In this document: piece after piece, positions 24,107-34,100 of the stretch
Layout: every line of letters starts with the position of its first letter
Numbering within the stretch: position 1 is the stretch's first letter
IMG/VR virus record: IMGVR_UViG_3300044613_001835
Coordinates: 7,728-71,727 of that record
DNA length: 64,000 nucleotides
Strand: one strand, 5' to 3'
Origin: a virus
Notes under the pieces: model-generated
Database searches by the model: none
Told to the model about the DNA's origin: nothing
Seen by the model: the letters and a program-made list of their open reading frames with translations, nothing else
Position numbers and translations under genes: made by a program

Positions 24107-24763
24107 TTACCAATCTACGTTGGTTGCAGATGAAGTTGTTGGGCCATCAAAGCCCAAATAGAATGCTTCTTGCTCGGCATAAGGAATTTTCTTTAGTGCC
24201 AACTCAAGAGGATATGGCTTAACTTCGGACCAATCAAATGGTTCCTTGTCTGGTGCACCTGGAATAGTTGTATAAGATGTTTCAGTTCCCTGACCATTAC
24301 GCTTTACTTTCCATAGTACGTTAGAGATGCTTCCTGTTTCAAGAGCATACTCACGAATTGTATTAAATGCTGATTGCTTGCTAACACCCATTGACCAAAT
24401 AGCCACATAAGGTGGTTCAATGCCATCGTCAACTAGAACATTGCAATAGAAACGAAGACGTGCTCTCCAGCCAGCCTTTGGATCTTTACGGTGCATTTCT
24501 TCTGCCCAGTCACGACCTTCTGACTCCATTGTATCTACAGCCTTGCGCTTGTAGTCTTTTGGATTTGTGTGTTCCTTTACAACTAGTGCAAGACCACGTT
24601 CTGCATTGTAGTTTGCAGAGTCCTCATCTAGTTCTTCAATGAAACGAATTTTTGCTGATTGACCATCGGCAAGTTTTAACCATCTTACCTTTGGTGAATT
24701 TTCATCATATTTTGGTTTGTCAACTAGGGCGTTAATGTTTTTTAGTCCCTTTACTATAGTCAT
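24107..24763 (-). CDS. Phage single-stranded DNA-binding protein (gp32-like)
   Basis: WLKLADGQSAKIRF, KRNGQGTETSY, acidic/aromatic C-terminus; lies between primase and polymerase. Confidence 0.7.
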   Translation of the reverse strand: MTIVKGLKNINALVDKPKYDENSPKVRWLKLADGQSAKIRFIEELDEDSANYNAERGLALVVKEHTNPKDYKRKAVDTMESEGRDWAEEMHRKDPKAGWRARLRFYCNVLVDDGIEPPYVAIWSMGVSKQSAFNTIREYALETGSISNVLWKVKRNGQGTETSYTTIPGAPDKEPFDWSEVKPYPLELALKKIPYAEQEAFYLGFDGPTTSSATNVDW

Positions 24764-24792
24764 ATTATTTTTTTCTCCTTGTATGCTTTTAT

Positions 24793-25719
24793 CTATTTTA
24801 ACATGCCGATAATAGAATTGTCAAACTGGAACTCCAGTTTTTTAATTGAATCATCATCCATATCGCCTATATCTTTATATTTTTTATCTATATAAACAGA
24901 AGTGACAACTGGTCCAAGTTTTTCAATTAACTTATCTCTCATTATCATTCCTGCATCATCGTTATCTGCAATTAAGACAATGCTATTAAAATATTTTTCT
25001 AATAGTTTTATCTGTGCTGCAGAAACATTAGCCCCTAACGTAGCAACGGCAGGGAAACCTACTTGATCTAGTCTAATTGCATCAAAAGATGATTCTACTA
25101 CATAAACTATATTTGATGTTTTTATTCTATGCAAATTAAAAAGAATCTTTCCTTTTGGTAAACCTGGAGTATTTTTAAATTCTTTACCCTCAATGGTTCT
25201 TGCAACAAATCCTATACACATGCCGTCAGGGGAGTGTACTGGTATAGTTACAGAATCTTGTTTGTCGGAATATCCAAGATTAAACTTAATTACAGAGTCT
25301 TTTGTTATTTTTCTTCCTTCAAAATATCTTATTGCTCTTGGAGATTCAAGTGCTTGATTATTTAATCTTTTAATAAGTAGTTCATCATATTGCACAAAGT
25401 CTGGCTTATCTATTAACGCTTTGTTTATAGAATCCTCAATACTTGTTTCTTGCTCTTTACTTTTAATATATCTAACAGACTCAAAATATGTTCTATTTGA
25501 TATATGCATTACAAACTCAATTAAAGTTCGTGTAGTTTGACATCCAAAACAAAAAAACATTCCATGATCTTTTGATACTTCTCCAGCAGGAGTTCTATTA
25601 TTATTATGGTAAGGACAAAAAATTATATAGTCGGTTCCATATTCTGCCTCAATGTCAACACCTGCCCCAATTAAAACACGACGAACTTGGTCTGCAGTAT
25701 AAGAATCTTTACTTGCCAT
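24793..25719 (-). CDS. dnaG: DNA primase
   Basis: CPYH..CFGC zinc finger; Toprim VVESSFD and ADNDDAG. Likely start MASK at 25719. Confidence 0.92.
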   Translation of the reverse strand: MASKDSYTADQVRRVLIGAGVDIEAEYGTDYIIFCPYHNNNRTPAGEVSKDHGMFFCFGCQTTRTLIEFVMHISNRTYFESVRYIKSKEQETSIEDSINKALIDKPDFVQYDELLIKRLNNQALESPRAIRYFEGRKITKDSVIKFNLGYSDKQDSVTIPVHSPDGMCIGFVARTIEGKEFKNTPGLPKGKILFNLHRIKTSNIVYVVESSFDAIRLDQVGFPAVATLGANVSAAQIKLLEKYFNSIVLIADNDDAGMIMRDKLIEKLGPVVTSVYIDKKYKDIGDMDDDSIKKLEFQFDNSIIGMLK

Positions 25720-26932
25720 CTTCAAAATCCTTATAACGATAATACCCTTTATCAAAATCTACTTGCACTAAAAAATCACCCATAAAACCATTACGATTTT
25801 TTCTAAATACACATTCAATAATATCACTATTGGTAGCACGACCAAGGGCCATTACCCAGTCAGCATCATAAGCAATCTGTCTAGACCATGCTGTTTGACC
25901 CAAAGTTGGTGCACTACTGAGATCTTTTACATCATCTGGAGTGGCAGATGAGATGGCAATGATCGGAACTTCTTCACTAATAGCCATAAGTTTAAGTTCT
26001 CGTGAAAGGTTCTTCATTCGTACCGTTTCATTATCTGACTTTTGATTTGGACTCATAAGTTGTAAATAGTCTACAACAACAAAGTCTGGTCTATATTGGT
26101 CAATCTTTCCACGAATAACTGATGGGGTAACTTCCCCACCATTATCATTAGAAATAATATGAAACTCTGGTCTGCCCGCAACTTTATTAGCATGCCAATT
26201 TTTAAGCATGTCAAGTTCTACCTCACCATTGCTTAGTTTACGATGAGACCAAACACCTTCGCCCATAATTGCAAACACACGATTACGAACTTCTGTTTCA
26301 GACATTTCAAGAGAAATAATTAAAGGAGACTTGCCTTGTTTCCAAGCCTGTACAGCAAAGTATAGAGCCATCCACGACTTACCAATACCAGGGTAGGCTA
26401 GGAATACTCCCAATTGACCTGGCATAATTCCAGAAGGCAAATAATTATCAAATCCTGGAAGATTAGTTTTAATACCAATCTGACCAGTCTCTTTTTGTTT
26501 TTGTACATTTTCATAATATGCAAGTGCAGACTCTAGATCTGTTGCATCAATATCACGAATAGCAGATGTATTCTTTTTTAACTCTGATGTTTTTGTGATT
26601 AACTGTTCAAGTGCATTAGAGCCATTTCCTACTTGAACTTCTGATGCTGCGTTACGTAAAATATCTTTTAAACTATCATTTAAATATTCTGTTTGTAATT
26701 CTTCAAGGTGATGTTTTGTTGATCCAACTCCATCTATTGTGGTAAAGTCTCTAAATTTTTCTATTACTAAAGATGCTGGAGGAACTGACTGATTGTTTTC
26801 TGAATACAACCTAATAAAATTCCATACATCGTTATGTGTTCTTAAAAGATTTTCAACATTAGCCTGTAATAAAACATGAATTTGTTTATCATTGAGTACT
26901 GCTGTGATTAATTTTGCTTCTGTATTATTCAC
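25709..26932 (-). CDS. dnaB: Replicative DnaB-like helicase
   Basis: AYPGIGKS, SLEM, VVVDYLQLM, AYDAD and KNRNG motifs. Confidence 0.93.
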   Translation of the reverse strand: MNNTEAKLITAVLNDKQIHVLLQANVENLLRTHNDVWNFIRLYSENNQSVPPASLVIEKFRDFTTIDGVGSTKHHLEELQTEYLNDSLKDILRNAASEVQVGNGSNALEQLITKTSELKKNTSAIRDIDATDLESALAYYENVQKQKETGQIGIKTNLPGFDNYLPSGIMPGQLGVFLAYPGIGKSWMALYFAVQAWKQGKSPLIISLEMSETEVRNRVFAIMGEGVWSHRKLSNGEVELDMLKNWHANKVAGRPEFHIISNDNGGEVTPSVIRGKIDQYRPDFVVVDYLQLMSPNQKSDNETVRMKNLSRELKLMAISEEVPIIAISSATPDDVKDLSSAPTLGQTAWSRQIAYDADWVMALGRATNSDIIECVFRKNRNGFMGDFLVQVDFDKGYYRYKDFEDGK

Positions 26933-27233
26933 TCAGCCACTCCTTTGCTTTTTGTCTTAATGCTGCTCTTTGTTTAATATCTTCTTCTACTTCTAGTTTA
27001 CCATTAAGAATTTTTTCTGCATTGTATGCAAAATAATTCCATGTAGGTTCTTGTGCAATATTAAAATAATATTCTAATAAATCATAACATTGTGATATAC
27101 CATAAGACTCAATAAGTGCATCGGCAGCCCATTGCTCTACGTTAAGGTTCATGTTAGACTTTTGCTCGTACCTTTGCAGGTAAAACTTATTAAATCTACT
27201 GAGCAAAGCCATTCGGTCTTTGCGTTCAGCCAT
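26925..27233 (-). CDS. Hypothetical protein
   Basis: ORF overlapping the dnaB start. Confidence 0.65.
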   Translation of the reverse strand: MAERKDRMALLSRFNKFYLQRYEQKSNMNLNVEQWAADALIESYGISQCYDLLEYYFNIAQEPTWNYFAYNAEKILNGKLEVEEDIKQRAALRQKAKEWLSE

Positions 27234-27445
27234 TAGTCTTTACTGTCAGACTCTGCTTCTGCTTCTTTAACCTTTTCTGTTAATTTGTCTTCAACAAATT
27301 TATACATTCTTTCAAAGGCCTGATCTGTATTTTCGCCATCACGCTTTGAGTCAACTACACCAAAGTCAAACCTTAGTGATTGAAAATTACCCAAGTTGAG
27401 GGTATATCCTAGCGCTACTGATATCTTTGTGTTTTCGTTTTCCAT
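27233..27445 (-). CDS. Hypothetical protein
   Basis: LGYTLNLGNFQSLRFD motif; start MENENTK at 27445 after GGTGGGG. Confidence 0.65.
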   Translation of the reverse strand: MENENTKISVALGYTLNLGNFQSLRFDFGVVDSKRDGENTDQAFERMYKFVEDKLTEKVKEAEAESDSKD

Positions 27446-27465
27446 TGTCCCCACCATTTCTATTG

Positions 27466-28008
27466 TTAAATATTTTCTGCCCAAACAGGAATAAATCTGC
27501 CATCTTCTGTCTTTGTATATGTAAGTATACCGTCTCCCATTCGCCGTGTCAATTCTTGGCTTGTGGGTGTCATATTATTTGTTATAAGTCCATCTTTTCT
27601 TGGTTGTCCTATATGTATAGTAGCCAGTATAGCACGAATATCCCTAACCATGCTTTCTGAATAATAAGATCTTATTCTAAATCCACGTTCACCATTTAAC
27701 TTTGCACCAACTGGTGGAGGAATCATTCCAGTTTTAATTAACTTAGGCATATACTTTCTATGACGATTAATTAACTTAGCAGTCTCTGCAACAGTATAGG
27801 CTCTTTCTCTATTTTTCCTAAAATCTGAACGCAAACAAGTTTCAATTCTATCCTTAGTTATATTATAAAAAGAAACCATTCCAGTAGATCGTGAACTATG
27901 GTGAATTCTTACCAGGTCATTATTTAGAAACCATATTTTTTGATTTCCCTTTATTACAGTTTCGTTATTGTAAATTTCGCCCTGTATAATTCCTTTGCCA
28001 GTAACCAT
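27466..28008 (-). CDS. HTH (MerR/excisionase-like) DNA-binding protein
   Basis: AYTVAETAKLINRH...GMIPPP...RSYYSE. Confidence 0.55.
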   Translation of the reverse strand: MVTGKGIIQGEIYNNETVIKGNQKIWFLNNDLVRIHHSSRSTGMVSFYNITKDRIETCLRSDFRKNRERAYTVAETAKLINRHRKYMPKLIKTGMIPPPVGAKLNGERGFRIRSYYSESMVRDIRAILATIHIGQPRKDGLITNNMTPTSQELTRRMGDGILTYTKTEDGRFIPVWAENI

Positions 28009-28145
28009 CTTCCCTCTTCACTTTCTGCTGGTGGATGAAAAAACTTTCTCAAGCCACACACGATGCAATAAGTTTCTATGTGCTGAATACTACTATATTG
28101 TCTATCAACAAAGGTTCTACCCTTGCATTTTATGCAAGCAATCAT
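27954..28145 (-). CDS. Small zinc-ribbon protein
   Basis: CIKCKGRTFVD...YCIVCG. Confidence 0.65.
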   Translation of the reverse strand: MIACIKCKGRTFVDRQYSSIQHIETYCIVCGLRKFFHPPAESEEGRWLLAKELYRAKFTITKL

Positions 28146-28156
28146 AAAATTATCCT

Positions 28157-28597
28157 TTAGTTTGGAATTCCAACAATAATCAAATGTACTGCTAAAGATA
28201 GATCACCAGAAGCCCCAAATCTTACAACACCTTCAACCCTTGTTTCTGTAACACTTTTTAAAATAACATTTACATTTTGTCCCGCTGGAGTTTGTCCAAT
28301 ATTTACTGGTGTAGCAGAAACAATTGGAGGGTATTTAAAATCTTTAAAATCGTAAGTAAATGTTCTTTCATTTCCAGCAGAAACTGTTGAGTTGTTGGCA
28401 ACTTCAACATAACCACCAATTATTCTTGAATTAGAAGTTTTAATTTCTTGTTTACCCGCACTTACAGTATCTATAACTGTTTTATTAGTAGTTGTAGATG
28501 CAACCTGTGTAGAAAGATCGTTTACAGCATCAACCAAACTGTATAAATATGTGACATCAAGAGGCTGCCCTCTTTCTGGTAGTGGTACTTTTGCCAT
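28157..28597 (-). CDS. Minor tail protein (H-type lectin-like C-terminus)
   Basis: FKYPPIVSATP motif; end of the tail module. Confidence 0.5.
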   Translation of the reverse strand: MAKVPLPERGQPLDVTYLYSLVDAVNDLSTQVASTTTNKTVIDTVSAGKQEIKTSNSRIIGGYVEVANNSTVSAGNERTFTYDFKDFKYPPIVSATPVNIGQTPAGQNVNVILKSVTETRVEGVVRFGASGDLSLAVHLIIVGIPN

Positions 28598-28622
28598 TAT
28601 TTCCTCCTATTAAAGTATATCA

Positions 28623-29123
28623 TTAAACGGTGTGTGGACCATCTTCATAAACTAATAATAAAGCAGACTCTCTAGTAATTGGAGTTCCTTTTAAATATAT
28701 TTCTGCTGAAAGTTTGTTAGGTGCAGACCCTTGAACTACCCCGCCTATTGTGTATGTGCTGGGAATTGGAAAAGAAATGTTTGCACCATCAATTCTTTGT
28801 TTATAAATCCAATCTCCATTATCATTTCTATCCCATTTTAACCAAATATCAAACTCGTGTGCTTTTCTAATTTCAACTCCATCTTTTTGTATTGAAACAG
28901 AGTCCCAGGCTAGGGTTGCAACTTGTCCTGATTTATTAAAAGATATATCTCCAGAAACGTAAGTATAGTTTGGTTGAACAATTGATGTTGGTGACCATTG
29001 TGATGTTCTGTTTTTATCTTCAGAAACTACCCTATACTTTAAAATATAACCTTCTTCATTTACGTCTATTGTGGGAAGGTTCTTTTGTCTTATTCTTATT
29101 TTTTTAATTCCTGAATCAGGCAT
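28623..29123 (-). CDS. Minor tail protein
   Basis: YRVVSEDKNRTSQWSP (FN3-like); tail context. Confidence 0.55.
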   Translation of the reverse strand: MPDSGIKKIRIRQKNLPTIDVNEEGYILKYRVVSEDKNRTSQWSPTSIVQPNYTYVSGDISFNKSGQVATLAWDSVSIQKDGVEIRKAHEFDIWLKWDRNDNGDWIYKQRIDGANISFPIPSTYTIGGVVQGSAPNKLSAEIYLKGTPITRESALLLVYEDGPHTV

Positions 29124-30268
29124 TATGTTACACCAACTGAAAATCTAAATTCAATATAATTGCTAGTATTAGGACTTTTTACAATAGTTGATGCATCTAC
29201 ATTTTGAATTACTGAATATCCAGTTAAACCATAAAGTGGATTTACTGTAGAAATATTTTCTAATCTCATTGCATCTAATGCTACGTAATAATTATTAGAC
29301 GGAATACCTGCATCAATAACACAAGCATATATTTTTATAACAGTAACTGCATTCCATGTAAAGTTTGCACTAGTATATAATTCTTGAAGTTGTTTTGTTA
29401 CAACAAAATATCGTTCTGTAGAAAAATCATATGCTCCACCACTGCTATCATCAATAACTTCTGCTTCAAATCTAGCATATTCTGCAGTTTCTGTTTCTGT
29501 TGATGCAAACTCAACCATAATTCTTACATTTTCTGGAGTTGTTACAGATGCACCATCTTTACTTATTAATGAAAAGGCTAAACGTAATTCATCTGTTGGA
29601 GAGTTTCTTGTAAAATCAATATTAGCGCCAGTTAAATGTATATGGTTTGATCCAGGCTCTATTACAAAATGATCCTGCGCCGCTCCACTTTCTTCATTAA
29701 TTGTAATATCAGAGTCATCGCCTTGTATTAAAATAACATTGTTTAAAAATCTTGGTCTTTCATATCTTTCAACTCTTGGAGATTTAAAAAATATTGGATT
29801 ATCCCCGCTTGTTTGAAATACACTATCTGCAACTGCAATAACATTATCATATTCTGGTGCGTCTAATGCAGTAGAAAATGTATTAATTGCTACTGCTGCT
29901 TCTGCCGTATGATGTTGCCAATTTTCAGTTTGTGTAAAAGCAAATACAGTCTTACTATCATAAGCACCAGCAGAAGGGTTTGATCCAGCAGAATAGATTC
30001 CAATTTCAGAAATTTCGTATCTTTCTTCTGTTGGTAATTCTGCAGTTAAAACAATTTTATCTAATCCATTTTCATTTACAAAACCTCTTGAAGATATTGG
30101 GACACGAAACATTTCAAAATCTAAATTTTGTTTTGCTGAATAGTTTCCAAGTGGATCTCCAGTAGTCAATGGTGTAGCACCGCAACCAATAGCAAGATAT
30201 GATGCATATGCTGGCGCTTGTCCAAGCAAATATTTTGCAATAATTGTTTTACCAGTATTAGTTATCAT
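29123..30268 (-). CDS. Minor tail/tail-tip protein
   Basis: MITNTGK..IAKY N-terminus and EISEIGIYS motif typical of tail proteins. Confidence 0.65.
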   Translation of the reverse strand: MITNTGKTIIAKYLLGQAPAYASYLAIGCGATPLTTGDPLGNYSAKQNLDFEMFRVPISSRGFVNENGLDKIVLTAELPTEERYEISEIGIYSAGSNPSAGAYDSKTVFAFTQTENWQHHTAEAAVAINTFSTALDAPEYDNVIAVADSVFQTSGDNPIFFKSPRVERYERPRFLNNVILIQGDDSDITINEESGAAQDHFVIEPGSNHIHLTGANIDFTRNSPTDELRLAFSLISKDGASVTTPENVRIMVEFASTETETAEYARFEAEVIDDSSGGAYDFSTERYFVVTKQLQELYTSANFTWNAVTVIKIYACVIDAGIPSNNYYVALDAMRLENISTVNPLYGLTGYSVIQNVDASTIVKSPNTSNYIEFRFSVGVT

Positions 30269-31110
30269 GAGTTTATTTCTCCAAGATCCGCTTCATATAT
30301 TGTACCATCTGAGGTAATTTGTACCTCAATTTGCTCATCATTGTTTATATTAATAAACTCAATGATTAAATCGCCAGTACCCTCTTCAATATAGACATTT
30401 TCTCCATTTGCTCCATTACCCTCGTTTGGAATTTTATCTTCTAGTTTTATTGAAAAACCAGCAAAATATTTATCTGCGGTTTGTTGAAGACTAAGAATAT
30501 TATTTGGATTATATCTTTGTTGTATAGATGATAAATTTTTAATTGGTTGATAAGATATTTTTTGACCATTAATAATGTCAGATCTTGTAATATTGATTAA
30601 TTCTTGTCCGCCAATATTTTCAAATATTAGATCTGCCATAGTGTCTACCGTTGTTGCTTCGTCATCAAATAAAATAATATCAAGAGTTGCAGTTTTAACT
30701 GGTGGGGGTGGAGGAGCCATAACGGTTGCAGATATTGGAGATGGAGTAAGTGGTGTTGGAGTTACGGCTGGTATAAAGTTATTTGATACAAGCGAAGCCC
30801 CACCTATATTTTGTGATGAGTAAAAAGGTTCATTAGATTTTTCTTCTGCTTTTCTAAAATCTCCTGGAGAATATTTTGAAGTTGATGTTACTTCTGGTAC
30901 ATATCCAGTTTCTGTACGGACCGTTCCCATTGGAATTGGCCCAACAAATAATCCATTTGATGTTGATGGCTTGTAAGCAGGCAAAACTGTTGGTGTAAAA
31001 TTTTTAACAGGAGTAGTTGGAACAAAAGGACTATACTTTGCAGGACCAGTAAACTCTGGTTCTTTTTTAGATGTTGTTTTTACCCTACTTTCTCTTTCAT
31101 TGGCTTTCAC
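30265..31110 (-). CDS. Minor tail protein with Pro/Thr-rich N-terminal half
   Basis: Tail-tip context; low-complexity N half and globular C half. Confidence 0.55.
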   Translation of the reverse strand: MKANERESRVKTTSKKEPEFTGPAKYSPFVPTTPVKNFTPTVLPAYKPSTSNGLFVGPIPMGTVRTETGYVPEVTSTSKYSPGDFRKAEEKSNEPFYSSQNIGGASLVSNNFIPAVTPTPLTPSPISATVMAPPPPPVKTATLDIILFDDEATTVDTMADLIFENIGGQELINITRSDIINGQKISYQPIKNLSSIQQRYNPNNILSLQQTADKYFAGFSIKLEDKIPNEGNGANGENVYIEEGTGDLIIEFININNDEQIEVQITSDGTIYEADLGEINS

Positions 31111-31111
31111 A

Positions 31112-34100
31112 TTACACCTCCGCCAAGTAAATAGTCATTTCTGGCCCACTTATTCTTCTTGTATAATCAATATTATATACTATAAACCTAGAAGTATTTT
31201 TTGTTACTAAATCTAAATTATTAGAATCTTTATAATCAATTGTAACAATATCTCCAAGTTGAATAGTTGGAGTTGTAAAAATTTTTACTCCAATAGATTT
31301 TTTTGGAACCATTAATTTATCTATAAGCCATCCCATTAAATTTTCAGCATCATCGTGTGTTTGAATATATGGTGTGTCTAAAGTAAACTCGTTATTGCCA
31401 TATATCATTCTGCTTAACTTTATATTATCAAATTTTTCTTTTTCAATAAGTGGAGAAATAATTTGAGAAGAACTGGTTAGTTGTGGATTAGAAAAATTAC
31501 TACGCTTTTTAAAATATTCATCAACCGTTAATTCGTGAGTTGTATCTTGAGTAAATGTAATACCTTGAATTCTTAAATAATTTCCACTAGTTTCATCAAG
31601 ATTAATTGCTGTATCTGTAGCATTAAAAATTAAAAATTCAGCACCATAAGAATCAGCATAAAATCCAGATGTTGTATAACCTTTTATTTTATTAAATGTT
31701 GGGGATATCTGAGCATAAAGAGCAGGATATGCACGATCATATTTTATATCAAAATAAGAACATTCTCTCATAATTGAGCCAAATTCTTCAAAATATAAAT
31801 TATATTTAGGTGATTCTTGAGAACTAATTCCAGACAGATAGGTTGACTGAATAATTCCGCTCATAGCATACCTTCTAAAAGATTCACTAGCATTTATTTC
31901 TTTATTCCCAAATGCTGATGAAAGAGTTTCTCCAACTGTAAAAACACTATTTTGAGAATAATTTTCAGATAATGCATAAATATTTTCAAACATAACCCTA
32001 GAAGATCCACGAACAAATGGGGCCATATTATTATATATTGGAAGTGGATCTGGATCATCCACAACCTGAATTAATTGATTATTGATATACAAAAAGAACC
32101 TTCTAACCTTTCCTATATCCTGATACTCTACAGCCAAATCATAAACCGTTGGGTTTTCTTCGCCAGTCATCCTATATTGTCCTGTAAATCTACCGTCATC
32201 AACTATAATTTTTGATAATCCGCCCCAAAGTTTTACAGGTATTGCTTCACTGTTTGAAGAATTTTTTTTGATTTTATAAAATACTACGTTATTAACCGAA
32301 ATACTAGATTTATTATTATTGTCTAAATTCAAATATGATTCTACATTTTGTTCTGTTAAAGCAACAATTTCAAAATAATATCCATTATTTGTTTCTGGAT
32401 TAAGCAATACCGCTAAACCACCAGAGCCTCCACCTATGTTTACGTTTTGATCTGGTTTTACTCCAGCAACCTGGTAATATGTAGTGCTTCCTATTGGAGT
32501 TTGGCTACGAATTTCATTGTTTTCAATTTTTCCAATAATTCTTACCCTAGCACCAAAATGTTTATATGCATTGTTTAAATTTTTATAAACATACGAAACT
32601 AAGTCAATAGGTTTTTCTGTTGTTGCAAAAGATGGACCATTCATAACTAATGCAGAAGATTGTATTGTTCCAGACTGTGTTGATAAAGTATTATTAACCG
32701 ATGTCTCATTTGAATAACTTGAAGACATAAAGTTTTTTATGGTTCCATTTCTTGATGTCTGTCTTGCTTTTGTATTATTAATTCCTGCTGCACCAATTGT
32801 TGTTGATGGTACAGATATATCTTCAAGTAGTTTAGTTGTAAATAAATATTCTGTCTTCATTTCGCATCCCTTAACATAGTCATTATTAGACCAATAAGAA
32901 TTTATGCCTGCAGAATGTGTTGTAACTGGTGTTCCGAATTGTGCACGTCCATGCTCATAAACTGGACCATCTTGTAAACGAGTAATTCCATCAACTGTTT
33001 CATAAAATGGAATAGTATATATTCTAACTAATCCTGTAGGATATATTTTTCCATTAAATGGTAGTGATTTAAAATAATTTTGATATTCTTGATTACTTGT
33101 AATCCAAACATTGCTACTACCCTGTCTATGTGAAGTTCTCCATGCCTGAATTTCTTGACCTTTTTGCGCTTCTGTGATTTCTCCATTGGCAACTTTTTTA
33201 TCTAAATTATCAATAATACTAACTGGGGCTAGCCTTCCAGGCAAAACAACCTGTGGTGAAGATTCTAGCAATGACCCATCTGATTGAATAGGATACCAAA
33301 TTGCAAGAGTAACATTAAACTGAGCAGCATCATATCTAATAATTTCTCCATTAGAATAAAAATATCCTTGGTATCTAGTAAGCCAATAAACGTTTTCTCC
33401 AAGATCTATTACATTGTTTTGAATTTTATGATTAGATACTGTTGGAACATTATTGGATAAGTCTGAATTTATTGGCATTGCTCCAAGAACATATTTTGAT
33501 TGCTTAGATGCAACTTCATTAATTGTTTTTGTTGAATCAGTTCCAGATGCTTCCCAAAGTAATGCTGGCTTGTATATCCAAGTTTTTTCTTGGTCAATCA
33601 TACTTGCTTGACGAATATTTCCATAAGATCTTTGAATATATCTAGTTGTATAGTTAATTTTTCCATTATTATAAATTCTTTTATCTTCAGATGCTATTGA
33701 TAAAATATTAGGTAATATTCCTGATGTTTGGTTTTCAATTATTCCGCTAATAGACTGATTATTTGATCCAGACAAAATAAGGTTAGTTGTTCTGTCATTT
33801 TCTTTTGGCAACATATAATTTTTGCTCATTACAACAAAATTATTATATTCATCAAAAAACATTGCACTCTGTGTTGCTACCGCCAATTGATTTAAAACTT
33901 CTGCCACAGTTTGGTCTGGCGCAATAAAGAAATATGGAATTACTGCTTCTGGCTCATCCGTATTTCTATAAAAAACATAATTGCTAAATCCGATGTAATC
34001 AAGAATTAAGGTAATGGCATAACTAAGTGATACTTCTGTAACCAACATTCTTGGCGCTGGCATAGACTCTAAAAAGAAATAAAAATCTCTTAATGGCAAA

